From contig NC_043003.1 of NCBI RefSeq assembly GCF_006345805.1, positions 117,242,001 to 117,306,000 of the forward strand: a stretch of 64,000 nucleotides of DNA, read 5' to 3'. Positions 1 through 11,402 of the stretch are shown piece after piece. The position numbers and the translations under genes are program-made. The notes under the pieces were generated by a model. That model was given only the letters and a program-made list of their open reading frames with translations, did no database searches and had not been told where the DNA came from. Position 1 is the first letter of the stretch. The number at the start of each line of letters is the position of its first letter. This DNA comes from Octopus sinensis (taxonomy: Eukaryota).

Positions 1-135
1 TGTAAAAGAAATTAATTTCATGTGCCATGAGCAGAAGTAAGGCCTAATATTTTGAGCCAGACCCTTCTTTCTTGTGGAGCAACTAAATCAAATTAATAAC
101 TATTAGGAGTGACGCAGACTTCCGACACACATGGA

Positions 136-515
136 TGGAAGCACTCCGTCGGTTACGACGATGAGGATTCCGGTTGATCCGAATCAACGGAACAGCCTGC
201 TCATGAAATTAACGTGCAAGTGGCTGAGCACTCCACAGACATGTGCACCCTTAACGTAGTTCTCGGGGATATTCAGCGTGACACAGAGAGGGACAAGGCC
301 GGCCCCTTGAAATACAGGTACAACAGAAAGAGGAAGTAAGAGTGAGAGAAAGTTGTGGTGAAAGAGTACAGCAGGGATCACCACCTGCCGGAGCCTCGTG
401 GAGCTTTTTTAGGTATTTTCGCTCAATAAACACTCACAACGCCCGGTCTGGGAATCGAGACCGCGATCCTGTAACCGCGAGTCCGCTGCCCTAACCACTG
501 GGCCATTGCGCCTCC
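136..515 (-). mobile_element. SINE family A (tRNA-derived head), full-length, with 12-bp TSD
   Basis: Minus strand starts GGAGGCGCAATGGCCCAGTGG (A box) ... GGTCTCGATTCC (B box). Near-identical copies at 19017 and 59976. Flanked by tccgac(a/t)cacat at 121-132 and 519-530. Confidence 0.9.
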
Positions 516-849
516 ATGTCCGACTCACATATCAACTACATCGCAAAAGTGTGACATAGCTTCTGGTAAACATGCGCTTACATTCATTTTACTTACAACG
601 ACCAAACTCGTCTGTAATATGCGAATGTCTTTTTTAACAACACACTAAATTAAAATGTCTATATTATTGCAACAAACAATATAAATATATTATAGAAACT
701 TCTAAAACAACGAGTCTCACGACAATTTCCGCTCATCTAATTACGTTTCAAGTTATAAATGTAAAGTGGCGCGTTGTGTTAATTATATCGATAGTTTCAT
801 ATTTCCGTTTATCGTTTTGTAGTACTTTTGTCTTGCTACTATTGAGCAT

Positions 850-922
850 GTAAAATCGTGTAGCAACACCAAATGGCGGTGCCCCAGCATGGCCACATCT
901 CGTGAGCTGAAACTAGATAAAA
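850..922 (+). mobile_element. Short LINE-type 3' tail fragment (GGCGGTGCCCCAGCATGGCC motif)
   Basis: aaatggcggtgccccagcatggccaca...gagctgaaactaga. An inverted homologue lies at 46207-46254, and the motif matches the end of the LINE at about 44700. Confidence 0.55.
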
Positions 923-947
923 AAATTTTTAATGTTTTTTTTTCTTA

Positions 948-1530
948 CGGTGGCGAGCTGGCACAAACGTTAACACGCCGGTCGAAATGCGTAGCCGTAT
1001 TTCGTCTGCCGCTACGTTCTGAGTTCAAATTCCGCCGAGGTCGACTTTGCCTTTAATCCTTTCGGGGTCGATAAATTAAGTACCAGTTACGCACAGGGAT
1101 TGATATAATCGACTTAATCCGTGTGTCTGTCCTTGTTTGTTCTCTCTGTGTTTAGCCCCCTGTGGGTAGTAAAGAAATAGGCATTTCGTCCGTCTATTCT
1201 TTCTGAGTTCAAATTCCGCCGAGTTCGACTTTGCCGTTCATCCTTTCGGGGTCGATAAATTAAGTACGAGTTATGCACTGGGGTCGATATAATCGACTTA
1301 ATACGTTTGTCTGTCCTTGTTTGTCTCCTCTGTGTTTAGCCCCTTGTGGGTGGCAAAGAAATAGGGTATTTCATCTGTCGTTAGGTTCTGATTTCAATTT
1401 TTGCCGAGGTCGACTTTGCCTTTAATCCTTTCGGGGTTGTTAAGTTAAGTACCAGTTGCATACTGGGATCGATGTAATCGGCTGGCCCCTTCACCAAAAG
1501 TTTCGAGCCTTGCGCCTGAAGTAGAAAAGA
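948..1530 (+). mobile_element. SINE family B, multimeric (head plus about three body units)
   Basis: Head cggtggcgagctggc followed by the repeated unit tatttcg...ttctgagttcaaattccgccgaggtcgactttgcc...aaagaaatagg. The third unit has a different tail. Confidence 0.85.
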
Positions 1531-1735
1531 ATCGTTAGCACGCCGGTCCAAGTGCTCAGCAGCATTTCGTCCGTCTTCACGTTCTGAGTTCAAATTCCGC
1601 CGAGGTCGACTTTACCTTTTATCTTTTCGGGCTGATAAAATAAGTATCATTTGAACACTGGAGCCAATGTAATCGATTCATCACGCCCCCCCCCCCATCC
1701 TGAAATTGCTGGCCTTCTGCCCTAATTTGAAACTA
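1531..1735 (+). mobile_element. SINE family B' (B head and body, alternative tail), 5'-truncated
   Basis: gttagcacgccgg...gttctgagttcaaattccgccgaggtcgac...gaaattgctggcctt...aatttgaaac. Confidence 0.7.
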
Positions 1736-1815
1736 TTGCTATTATAAAGAGGAGAGCTGGGAGAAATTTAAGCCAGCAGGACAAAATGCTTAGCGCCATT
1801 CTTTGTAGCTCATTA

Positions 1816-2680
1816 CGAGGTCTGATCAAAAGGTATCCGGTCTGTTGCTATAGTAACAAAGTTAAAGCAGGCAGAGTGAATCCGCTTGAACCGTGAATTC
1901 TGCTGTGCATGCGCATTAAGTTTTAACGTTGTAGCTCACTTCCGCTATTTACGGAAGTTGTGTAGCGTTTGATTGTCGCATTCACCATGACAGAGAAAGC
2001 TGTCATGGCGATACCTTCTCAGAGCCCTACGCAAAGTTGCAGAAAGTGTATGGAGAGGAGTTTATAAGTCGCACACAAGCTTACGAGTGATTCAGAGGTT
2101 TACAAAATGGCCGAAAAAATGTTGATATTGACGAACGTTCAGAGAGACCCGCAATAAGCAGAATTGAGAAAACATCGCAGATATGCGTGGAGCTGAGAGG
2201 GGAAATCGTCGAATCACCATCCGTGAGTTATCAGAGGATGTGCAGATTAGTTACGGTTCAGTCTATTCCATTATCATTGAAGATTTGGGTATTAGACGCG
2301 TATCGGCCAAGTTTCTACCAAAACTGCTTTTAGCTGATCAAAAAGACACTCGGGTTGCACAAGTTCTCCTTGATTGTGTCGATAACGATAAAAATTTTAT
2401 GAAAACTTTGCGTAGGCCTCTGCGCAGGTACCGCCAAGCTTTAGGCAAAATTTGATGCAGATTCTATGCTCAACTTACTCTGTCATGGTCAATGCGACGA
2501 TCACACGCTACACAACTTCTTTCCAAGGACTGCTGTAAACAGCGGAAGTAAGCTATAACGTTAAATCTTAGTGCGCACGCACAGCAGAGTTCAAAGTCAT
2601 TCTGTGCGAAGCGATTTCACTCGGCACTCTTTAGCTTCGTTACAACGGCAACAGTCCAGTTACTTATTGATCAGAACGCA
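1816..2680 (+). mobile_element. Internally deleted mariner (Tc1/mariner) element inserted at TA inside a SINE B'
   Basis: Imperfect ~55-bp TIRs (cgaggtctgatcaaaaggtatccggtctgttgctatagtaac / reverse complement tgcgttctgatcaataagtaactggactgttgccgttgtaac). TA on both sides (1814-15, 2681-82). SINE B' sequence resumes at 2683. Confidence 0.85.
1987..2410 (+). pseudogene. Mariner transposase N-terminal (HTH) remnant; catalytic domain deleted
   Basis: Translates to KLQKVYGEE...NRRITIRELSEDVQISYGSVYSIIIEDLGIRRVSAKFLPKLL, typical of mariner HTH domains. Contains stops and frameshifts. Confidence 0.85.
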
Positions 2681-2682
2681 TA

Positions 2683-2785
2683 CATTCTGGGTTCAAACTC
2701 CAACGAAGTCAACTTTACCTTTCATCTTTTCGGGGTAAGTAAACTACGTACCTTTTTAATACCAGGATCAACATAATTGACTGCG
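2683..2785 (+). mobile_element. SINE B' downstream half (upstream half at about 1750-1813)
   Basis: cattctgggttcaaactcc...tcaactttacctttcatcttttcgggg continues the head fragment aaaatgcttagcg seen before the mariner. Confidence 0.6.
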
Positions 2786-2852
2786 AAAAAGTATATGTTG
2801 CTGTTAAAAACAAAATGTTTTACAAGATGAAATAGAGTTTGAGGTAACAATA

Positions 2853-3262
2853 CTTTACTCCTTTTTACTTGTTTCAGTCATTTGACTGTGGCCATGCTGG
2901 AGCACCGCCTTTAGTCGAGCAAATCGACCCCAGGACTTATTCTTTGTAAGCCTAGTACTTATTCTATCGGTCTCTTTTGCCGAACTGCTAAGTTATGGGG
3001 ACGTAAACACACCAGCATTGGTTGTCAAACGATGTTGGGTTGGGACAAATACAGACACACAAACATATACACATACATACATATACATATATATAAATAT
3101 TTACGACGGACTTCTTTCAGTTTCCGTCTACCATATCCAGTCACAAGGCGTTGGTCGGCCCGGGGCTATAGTAGAAGACACTTGCCCAAAGGTGCCACGC
3201 AGTGGGACTGAACCCGGAACCATGTGGTTGGTAAGCAAGCTACTTACCACACAGCTACTCCT
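2853..3262 (-). mobile_element. SINE family C (tRNA-like head, internal TA/TG microsatellite, LINE-like tail)
   Basis: Reverse complement of the complete copies at 27905 and 55164; head tggctgtgtggtaag...ggttccgggttcagtccc, tail cagcatggcc...gactgaaacaagtaaaa. Confidence 0.9.
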
Positions 3263-3721
3263 ATGTGCATACGGATAACTTCTAAAGATTCAAGTGTACC
3301 TCTACCATAGTTTGGTTGACATAAGAAAGAATGATGTTTATTCCGAGTGGAAAATTAGTCAGCAACGATAAGAACAATATGGACGCGTAGCTTACATATG
3401 AAGGCTGTCCTTCGTAAACGCTTTTTCAAACCGGAAATCTTAACATGGTACATTTGGTGAAATGGAGAAAGCCTGTCTGCGTTTCGCTCAGTAAACTAAC
3501 AGTAGCCTACAATAAACAATAATAGACGCCTGCAAGAGGATAAAGTTGACAGGGTGGGTACATGGCCATATATGTGCCGCTTTTAAAACAGAGGACGAAC
3601 TAAAAATGTAAGCCTAAATAATACAGGTCACAATGACCCTTCAGTCAGCTCCACAGTATTTGGAAGAAATATTGGGGTATCCTTCAAGAACGGCGATAAA
3701 TTTCTTAATTCTGAGTAGTAG

Positions 3722-3973
3722 TTACTTTCACAGGATTTGTATTAGTAGTAGTATTAGTAGTAGTAGCAGTAGTAGTAGTAGTAGTAGTAGTAATAGTAGT
3801 AGTAGTAGTAGTATCTGCAGCAACAGCAGCAGCAGCAGTAGTAGTAGTAGTAGTATCAGCAGCAACAGCAGCAACAGCAGTAGTAGTAGTAGTAGTAGTA
3901 ACAGCAGCAACAGCAGCAACAGCAGCAACAGCAGTAGTAGTAGTAGTAGTAGTAGTAGTATCTGCAGCAACAA

Positions 3974-4022
<49 letters not shown>
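3722..4022. repeat. (AGT)n/(AGC)n compound microsatellite
   Basis: Visible trinucleotide runs; these produce the poly-Ser and poly-Leu ORFs. Confidence 0.95.
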
Positions 4023-4024
<2 letters not shown>

Positions 4025-4694
4025 GGAGATTTGGGTGGTGATGGTGGTGTTACTGGTCGTTTAGTGTTCTACGCATTTGTTCCGTCTCTTCACATTCTAT
4101 GTTTAAATTACCCAACGACAAATTCTCCGAATAAGTTTACCTTCCACGCGTATTATTGCAAGAACTAATTTGTTTTTCCTTGCCTAGCTGTGGGTTACAA
4201 AACCAGAACATCGCTGAACTAAAATCTCAGAGAACTCAGTCATGTTTTTTTTTTTTTTCAAATTCCAAGTCGTCTCTACTACCATTCTGCCCTTCCCAAA
4301 TCGATAAATTCATTAACCAGTCCTTTACTGCTGGCGATTAAATCGATTATAAACTATGTGACTTTGCATCTATTTTCAGAATTCATCATCAATTGTATTT
4401 AAAATATATGTTCTTAATGGCGTCCCAGTTGAATCTTCTTCGCTGGCGACGACTGATTTCACAATGGTATCAAGTTCAGTTAAGTTCGTTGAGTTTTACT
4501 GGTTTTTTTATGCTTTTTTTTTCCAATTTACTTTAATGTTTTCGTCAACTTCATTAAAGCTGGAATTAATCTGTTTTCAAATTTTCATTCCCATCGATTT
4601 TTTAATTGATTGTCTACAGCAAAATTGGTCGCATCATTTACGGAATATTGTAATTTTTAGACATGGGCATATTTTTGCATATTTCACCACTTAA

Positions 4695-5431
4695 GTATAC
4701 ATGTGCGTGTGTGTGTGTATTTGTGTGTGTGTATGTGTTTGTGTATGAGGGTGTTTGTGTGTGTTTCTAATGACTGAGACAAGAGACATTTGCTCAGACA
4801 TCCACACACACACACACATATGCACACACAACACACACAATCACACACATACAAACAAACATAAACACAAACGCAAACGCACAAACACGCACACACACAC
4901 ACACACACAAACACAAACACAAATGCACAAACAAGACACACACATACACAGTATGTGTGTGTCTGTGTGCGTGTGAGTGTGTGAATTTTGTTTGCGTATG
5001 AGGGTGTTTGTGTGTGTTTGTGCGTGTGCGTGTGTGTGGTGTGTGTGCGTGTGTGTGCGTGTGTGTGCGTGTGTGTGCGTGTGTTTTGTGCTTGTGTATG
5101 AGGGTGTGTGTGTGTGTTTGTGTGTGCTTCTGTGTGTTTGCGTGTGTGCGTGTGCGTGTGTGTGTGTGTGTGTTTGTGTGTGTGTATGCTCGCGTTTGTG
5201 AGTTTGTGTTTCTCTTTGTGTTTGTGTTTGTTCATTTGTGTATATGCGTGTTTGTGCATTTCTGTTTGTGATTGTGTGTATGTGTGTGTTTGTGTGTGCG
5301 TGCGTGTTTGTGCGTTTGCGTTTGTGTTTGTGTTTGTTTGTGTGTGAGCGTTTGTGTGATTGTGTGCGCTGTGTGTGCATGTGTGTGTGTGTGTGGATCT
5401 CTGTGCAAATGTCTCTTGTTTCAATCATTAG
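4695..5431. repeat. Complex (CA)/(TG) low-complexity tract containing an imperfect inverted duplication
   Basis: ctaatgactgagacaagagacatttgctcagacatcc(AC)n at 4767 versus the reverse complement of 5385-5431, with 4 mismatches in 37 nt. Similarity continues through the CA-rich arms. Confidence 0.85.
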
Positions 5432-5690
5432 ACTCCGGCAATGCTGGAGCACCTTGAAGAATTTCAGGCGAACGAATCGTCACAGGTACACTCTGTTACT
5501 CGTTTCAACCATGCGGCTGCAGTCATACTGGAGCACCGCCATGAAAATGAAACATTACTGTTTGTTGGTACTTATTTTATCTGAGCCTTTTTGTCAAATC
5601 GCTAAGTTGCGGTGACGTAAACACACAGACACCGGTTGTCAAGCTATAGTGGGGGACAAACACAGACAAAAACACGCGCATAGACACACA
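5432..5690 (-). mobile_element. Degenerate SINE C tail and body remnant
   Basis: gctggagcaccgcc, cgctaagttgcggtgacgtaaacac and gggacaaacacagac motifs of family C. Confidence 0.6.
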
Positions 5691-5761
5691 CATACATATG
5701 TACATACATACATATATATATATAATATTATATATATATATATACATATGTACATACATAC

Positions 5762-5807
<46 letters not shown>

Positions 5808-5827
5808 AATGTATGTATATATGTATA

Positions 5828-5862
<35 letters not shown>

Positions 5863-5909
5863 TGAACATATAGAGGGACAAGCGCGCGCATCAGATAGAC
5901 AGAGATGTA

Positions 5910-5940
<31 letters not shown>

Positions 5941-5975
5941 TGTGTGTGTGTGTGTGTATGTGTGTGTGTGTGTTG
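5690..5975. repeat. (TA)n/(TG)n microsatellite
   Basis: Directly visible. Confidence 0.95.
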
Positions 5976-6525
5976 ATCTAAATTATTTTAATGCCACTTT
6001 AAAAATAACAAAAGAACATTTAATGAAGAGCAAACACAAAACTGAAAGTAGGGAGGTATTTATTCAGAATCTACACGGTGTACTCAACCATTTAAGAAAG
6101 ATTTTGTTTCCGATGTTTACGTATAGAAACAAGATGGAAAGCTTCATTGAACAGAAGTGTGGTGCTCAGCTAATGACTAACAATTGTTTTGACAAAAATC
6201 TAAATAAAAACCAGAAACCTGATGGAAATCTCCCAAAGTTAAAACAAACTCAAATTCAAAGATGTCGGAGGTAAAGAAAGAAAAGAAAAAGAAAAAGAAA
6301 AAGAAAAGTAAAAACTGAATAAGAAGTAAATAAATAATATAATTAAAAATAGAGATAAGAAAATAATGTATGTGTGTGTGTGTGTGTGTGAAATGTATGT
6401 CTGCATATGTGTTGTTTATACACATTTTATTTATTAACTCCATTAACATTTTTGTATTAAATTAGCAGATCGTTATTTATATAGAACTGATAAAGTCGAA
6501 TGCCGGGTACATTTAGTATCATCGC

Positions 6526-6572
<47 letters not shown>

Positions 6573-7235
6573 CCATGAATCAGCTAAGCTTTCAAGACAG
6601 CAGAATTTTTCTTTTACATTCTAATAAGAATTTAAACAGAGCTTCAAATATCATATTTCTATAATGTACAGCAAATAGCCATTAACATGGTAAGGTGCAC
6701 AGAAATTCCAGATGTCAGCTGTTAAGTCTTATCATTTTATCTGTATAAGCATTTTATCTTAATCCCACTTTCAACTAAATAAGCTTGCAAAAAGTGTCTT
6801 CCTTTGACATGTGTCGACTTTCATTTGATCCGACACAGAATAAAAACAAAAACAAAGAAACACATTTCCTGTGATATTCGTACGTTTGGTAGAAATATTT
6901 CATGACAACACATGCATACAGAAATGCCAGATCGCTTTGGATAAAAGTAGATCAACTTTCTTCTTTTTATTCTATTTGTTGGGAAACATGTGCTTCAGAG
7001 ACTTTTTACCCGCCTTGGAAAACAACGGTGCATAACGTGTGGAGTTTCGTATTGAGGGACTGGAAAATAGCAACGCAATAATATATAAATATAAATATAG
7101 ATTAGTGATACAACAAGGCACCAATGTTTACTGGAAATAGCAGTCGATACATTTACGACGCTATTTTAAAGCTTCACTGCGTATATACTGGCAAAGACGT
7201 CTGAGTGCAACAAACATGAAAAGTTTGTCTTACCT

Positions 7236-7647
7236 ATTTCTTTACTACCCACAAGGGGCTAACCACAGAGAGGACAAACAAGGACAGACAAACGGATTAA
7301 GTCGATTATATCGACCCCAGTGCGTAACTGGTACTTATTTAATCGACCCCGAACGGATGAAAGGCAAAGTCGACCTCGGCGGAATTTGAACTCAGAACGT
7401 AGCGGCAGACGAAATACCAATTTCTTTACTACCCACAAGGGGCTAAACACAGAGGAGACAAACAAGGACAGACAAACGGATTAAGTCGATTATATCGATC
7501 CCAGTGTGTAACTGGTACTTAATTTATCGACCCCGAAAGATGAAAGGCAAAGTCGACCTCGGCGGAATTTGAACTCAGAACGTAACGGCTGACGCAATAC
7601 GGCTACGCATTTCACCCGGTGTGCTAACGTTTCTGCCAGCTCGCCGC
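7236..7647 (-). mobile_element. SINE family B dimer with 23-bp TSD
   Basis: One head plus two body units. Flanked by aacatgaaaagtttgtcttacct (7213-7235) and aacacgaaaaatttgtcttacct (7651-7673). Confidence 0.92.
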
Positions 7648-8023
7648 TTTAACACGAAAAATTTGTCTTACCTGTAGGAAAAACATTCGATAAATGGACA
7701 ACCCAGATCGGATAATGCAGGATCGGTTTCTGACTCCTTCGTTTTGTCAACGAAATTTGTTCATTCTTATCAGCTGCATTTACCTAGACAATATTTCAAA
7801 TGTTGCTACATCAATGCCAGTATGCTGGGAATTATTATTAGGACGACTCAATAGAATTTTTTAAGAGAGTAATAATTTTGATTCGAAATCATTTTTCTCG
7901 CCACGAATTAGAATGTCAGTTGACGGTTAACTATCCAACTTAAAACCCGGAGCTTAGTATAATATATAATGTAAAATGGCTGACCGTAAGGAGAGACACA
8001 CAAATAAGAAAGAAGAAAGCAAA

Positions 8024-8080
8024 GGACCACTGATGAGGCCACAGAAGTGTGACGAAAGAACTCTGGCCGAAATAGAATTA
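8024..8080 (+). ncRNA. Hammerhead-ribozyme-like core (stems I and III not recoverable)
   Basis: CTGATGA (8030-8036), then stem II GGCCA(C)AG...CTCTGGCC, then GAAA (8069-8072). Confidence 0.45.
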
Positions 8081-8380
8081 AGATTAATGTATAAAAAAAT
8101 AAAGCTGAAGCAAATTAATACCAAATGTATAGTGCGTGTGTTTTTATTGGCTAAACTGGCAACATGACCATTCCTAAATACAACATCTGTTTCAACACAC
8201 GATTTCATATCAAGAATCTTGCAAAACAAATATATAAACGTAAATTAATTCTTTTATTGTTATTGTCTTGGCATTTTCCTACATTCCTTATTCTTTCACC
8301 GGAACATTCCTATCAGCCGACACATCCATATCTATGATGACGCTTATTTTTTTGTAAATTGTAGCTGTGAGGGTCCATAT

Positions 8381-8815
8381 CACAGGCGTGGCTGTGTGGT
8401 AAGAAGCTTGCTTCCTAACCACATGTTTCCGGGTTCGGTCCTACTGCGTGGAGCCTTTGGTAAGTGTCTTCTGCTATAGCCTCGTGCCAACCAAAACCTT
8501 GTGAGCAGATTTGGTTAACGGAAAGTGTTTGAAGCTCGTCATGTGTGTGTGTGCGCGTGTTGCGTATCTGTGTGTGTGTGTGCGTGTGTCTGTCTGTGTC
8601 TTTGTGTCTGTGTTTCTTCCCCACAACCGGTGTCGGTTCGGCAAAAAAAAACCCAATAGAAACCGAGTGAAAGCAACAATAAAGATGAGGACACTAGTCT
8701 GGTGTATTCAAATAAACGCCTAGCTTTAAAACGTAAGCAGTGGCGTTGATTAACTGAACTAGAAATTCTTCAAGACGTTGCCCCAGAATGGTCGCAATCT
8801 AATGACCAAAACAAG
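8381..8815 (+). mobile_element. Older SINE C copy
   Basis: ggcgtggctgtgtggtaagaagcttgc head, internal (TG)n, degenerate tail gccccagaatggtcgcaatctaatgac. Confidence 0.7.
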
Positions 8816-8816
8816 T

Positions 8817-9109
8817 AGAGTGGCTATGTGGTAAGTAGCTTGCTAACCAACCACATGGTTCCAGGTTCAGTTCCACTGCGTGGCATCTTGGGCAGGTGTC
8901 TTCTGCTATAGCCCCGGGCCGACGGAAACTGAAAGAAGCCTGTCGTATATATATATATATGTATGTGTGTTTGTGTGTCTGTGTTTGTCCGCCTAGCATT
9001 GCTTGACAACCGATGCTGGTGTGTTTACGTCCCCGTCACTTAGCGGTTCGGCAAAAGAGACCGATGAATAAGTACTGGGCTTACAAAGAATAAGTCCCGG
9101 GGTCAATTT
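8817..9109 (+). mobile_element. SINE C, 5' part (split by LINE; 3' part at 11403-11470)
   Basis: Ends at aataagtcccggggtcaattt. The intact site in other copies reads cccggggtcgatttgctcgactaaagg. Confidence 0.87.
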
Positions 9110-11402
9110 AGTTAGTTAGTTAGTTAATTTGGCTCAAAAGCAAATAGCAAGGCCATGTAGGGGGACATGGAGTTAAGTACAGGGTGGTGTTCATGTAAAG
9201 AGTTCAGGCCACTTGAGGTCCAGGGAGGCTTTGAACAAAGCGGGCGTCGGCATCTTTACCATCTCATCTGGCAGCTTGTTCCACGGATCCGCAACCCGGA
9301 CGGAGAAAGCTCCTCTCCTTCGATTGAGATGAAATCGTCGCAGGTAGAGCTTTTCGGAATGACCCCGCAGCCGACGCTCCGGAGCAGGAGTGAAGAACAG
9401 CTCTTTCGAGAGGTTACACTTCCCGCTTATGATGTTGTGGGCGAGAATGAGATCACCACGGCGGCGGCGTTTTTCAAGAGAATAAAGGTCGAGCGTCCTC
9501 AGCCTTTCTTCGTAGGACAAATTTTTGAGACCATGAATGATGCGGGTAGCCAGCCTCTGGACACTTTCGAGATGCTGTATGTCTTTGAGGAGATAAGGAG
9601 AAGAGGCTTGAATCCCATACTCCAATATGGGTCTCACCAGCGTGACATAGAGTGGTAGGAATATGGCTGCTGTGAGCATTCCGAATGACCGTCGAATCAA
9701 AAACAGGATTCCGCGCGCTTTGTTGGCAGCATGGACGCACTGGGCCGAAGGCGAAAAGGAGGAATCCACCAAGATACCCAGGTCCTTTACCTGATCGGTC
9801 CTCTCCAGCAGAACGACCCGGCTCGAAATCAAGTTGAGTTGCAGGAGTAGAGCCGACAGGCAGATGACAGCACTTTGACACGTTCAGACACAGGTCCCCA
9901 TCGTTAGACCACTTCCAAATTTGGTGGAGGCATCGACGAAGATCCTCTATACTACCGCGAGGAGCGACCAGTTTGATATCGTCGGCAAATAGAAGGGTGT
10001 GTTGCGTGAGGTCGTCGGGCAAGTCATTTATGAAGACTAAGAACAACAAGGGCCCAAGCACTGAACCTTGAGGCACGCCACTGCTCGCACTGGAGACGTC
10101 GGACCGCGAACCATTAACTTGAACTTGGAAGGAGCGATCTGAGAGGAAGGCACCAACCCATCGTACAATATCCGGATGGAAACTATATGCTTGAAGCTTG
10201 ACAAGTAGTAGGCGGTGGTTTACCGAGTCAAAAGCTTTGCAAAGTCCAATAAAACGATGTCAACAGCATCACTATCATCGAGGATGCGCGTCACCAATTC
10301 TTCCATTACTAGTAAGTTGGTCAAGCATGATCTCTTCGGCACGAAGCCGTGTTGGGAATCAGTGATCGAGGCTGTGTTTTAGGAGGTGGAGCATCATACT
10401 TTTCTTAAGGATGGTTTCGAACATCTTGCTGATTATTGATGTAAGGGAAACCGGTCGGTAGTTAAGCGGGTCTTCGCGGCTCCCTTTCTTGAAAATTGGG
10501 CAGATTATCGCTGTTCTCCAGTCTGCAGGTATAACACCCGTCGCCAATGACATATTGAATAGTCGTGTTAAGGGCTCGCAGATGACCGGAGCCAACGCTT
10601 TGATAACCCGTGGGTGTATGCCGTCAGGGCCGTGACCCTTGTTGACATCGAGGCCTTGAATAACACGTTTGACTTCGTCCCGCGTGATGACCAATCGAAG
10701 CATTGGAGGTACCGATCTATCAAATGGAGGGGGTTCACGACCATCATCTTGTTTGAAAATAGTTGAAAAAGCCTCGGCAAATAATTGACTCTGTTGATAA
10801 GGTCCTCAATCGATACGCCTGTTGAGTCTACCACGTTGCAATCTGGTTGTTCAAGCGGGAATTCCGCTGGACATGGGCAAAGAAGGTTTTTGGATTGCTA
10901 CTGGCATTTGCCGCGATTTTGTATTCATAACTAAAGCGTTCTTTCTTTTCAATTTTCACGGCTCGGTCTCGTTGAGTTTTGTACACCTCAAAAGCTGCAG
11001 TCGAATCCAGATTTTTGAATTCAGCCCAAGCAATATCTCTGAGTCGACGTTCTCGTTTAACCTTCTTCGTCACCCAGGGCTTGTGTTTCTTCCTCTTGGG
11101 AAGCCCAACGGGAACTGCCTGGTCAGTCAAACAGATTACATATGCTTTGAGGGATGACCATAGTTCGTCAACTGAGGACAACGTCATCAGGGATCGCCAG
11201 TCCAGAAGCGCGGAAGCCTCGGTTAGAATTTCAAGATTAATTGCAGAGAAGACTCCACGTGGCAGCGAAGTAATCGTGGGCGTAGAAAAAGTTGTGTGCA
11301 TGACGAACTTCAGGACCGCATGATCACTCTTGGCAAGAGGGGCGCACACAGATACGTCTGACACTGATCTTGGATAGCGGGAGAATACCGGATCTAGCAT
11401 AG
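9110..11402 (-). mobile_element. 5'-truncated CR1/L2-type LINE with (CTAA)n 3' tail
   Basis: Carries the APE C-terminus (LDPVF...SDH) and RT motifs NYRPVSLTS, LDFAKAFDSV-like, PQGSVLGPLLFLVFINDL, FADD and LEKRRRRGDL. Tail is (ttag)n on + at 9108-9126. Short attt duplication at both ends. Confidence 0.95.
9191..11400 (-). pseudogene. LINE ORF2 (endonuclease C-terminus plus reverse transcriptase), frameshifted
   Basis: Consecutive ORF-track segments 10828-11400, 10359-10703, 9474-10076 and 9191-9832 tile one ORF2 with several frameshifts. Confidence 0.92.

Noticed and set aside
440-515. tRNA-like sequences at SINE heads (families A-E)
   Set aside because: A and B boxes are present but acceptor and anticodon stems do not close, and each continues into a SINE body; they are not called tRNA genes.
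948-1530. Regularly repeated units resembling a CRISPR or other array (also 49912-50362)
   Set aside because: Units are ~185-bp SINE bodies with no unique spacers, there are no cas genes, and the context is eukaryotic.
6127-6270. Candidate plus-strand exon (NKMESFIEQKCGAQ...QIQRCR, donor GAG|GTAAAG)
   Set aside because: No recognisable homology, weak acceptor, and no phase-compatible neighbour identified; needs RNA-seq.
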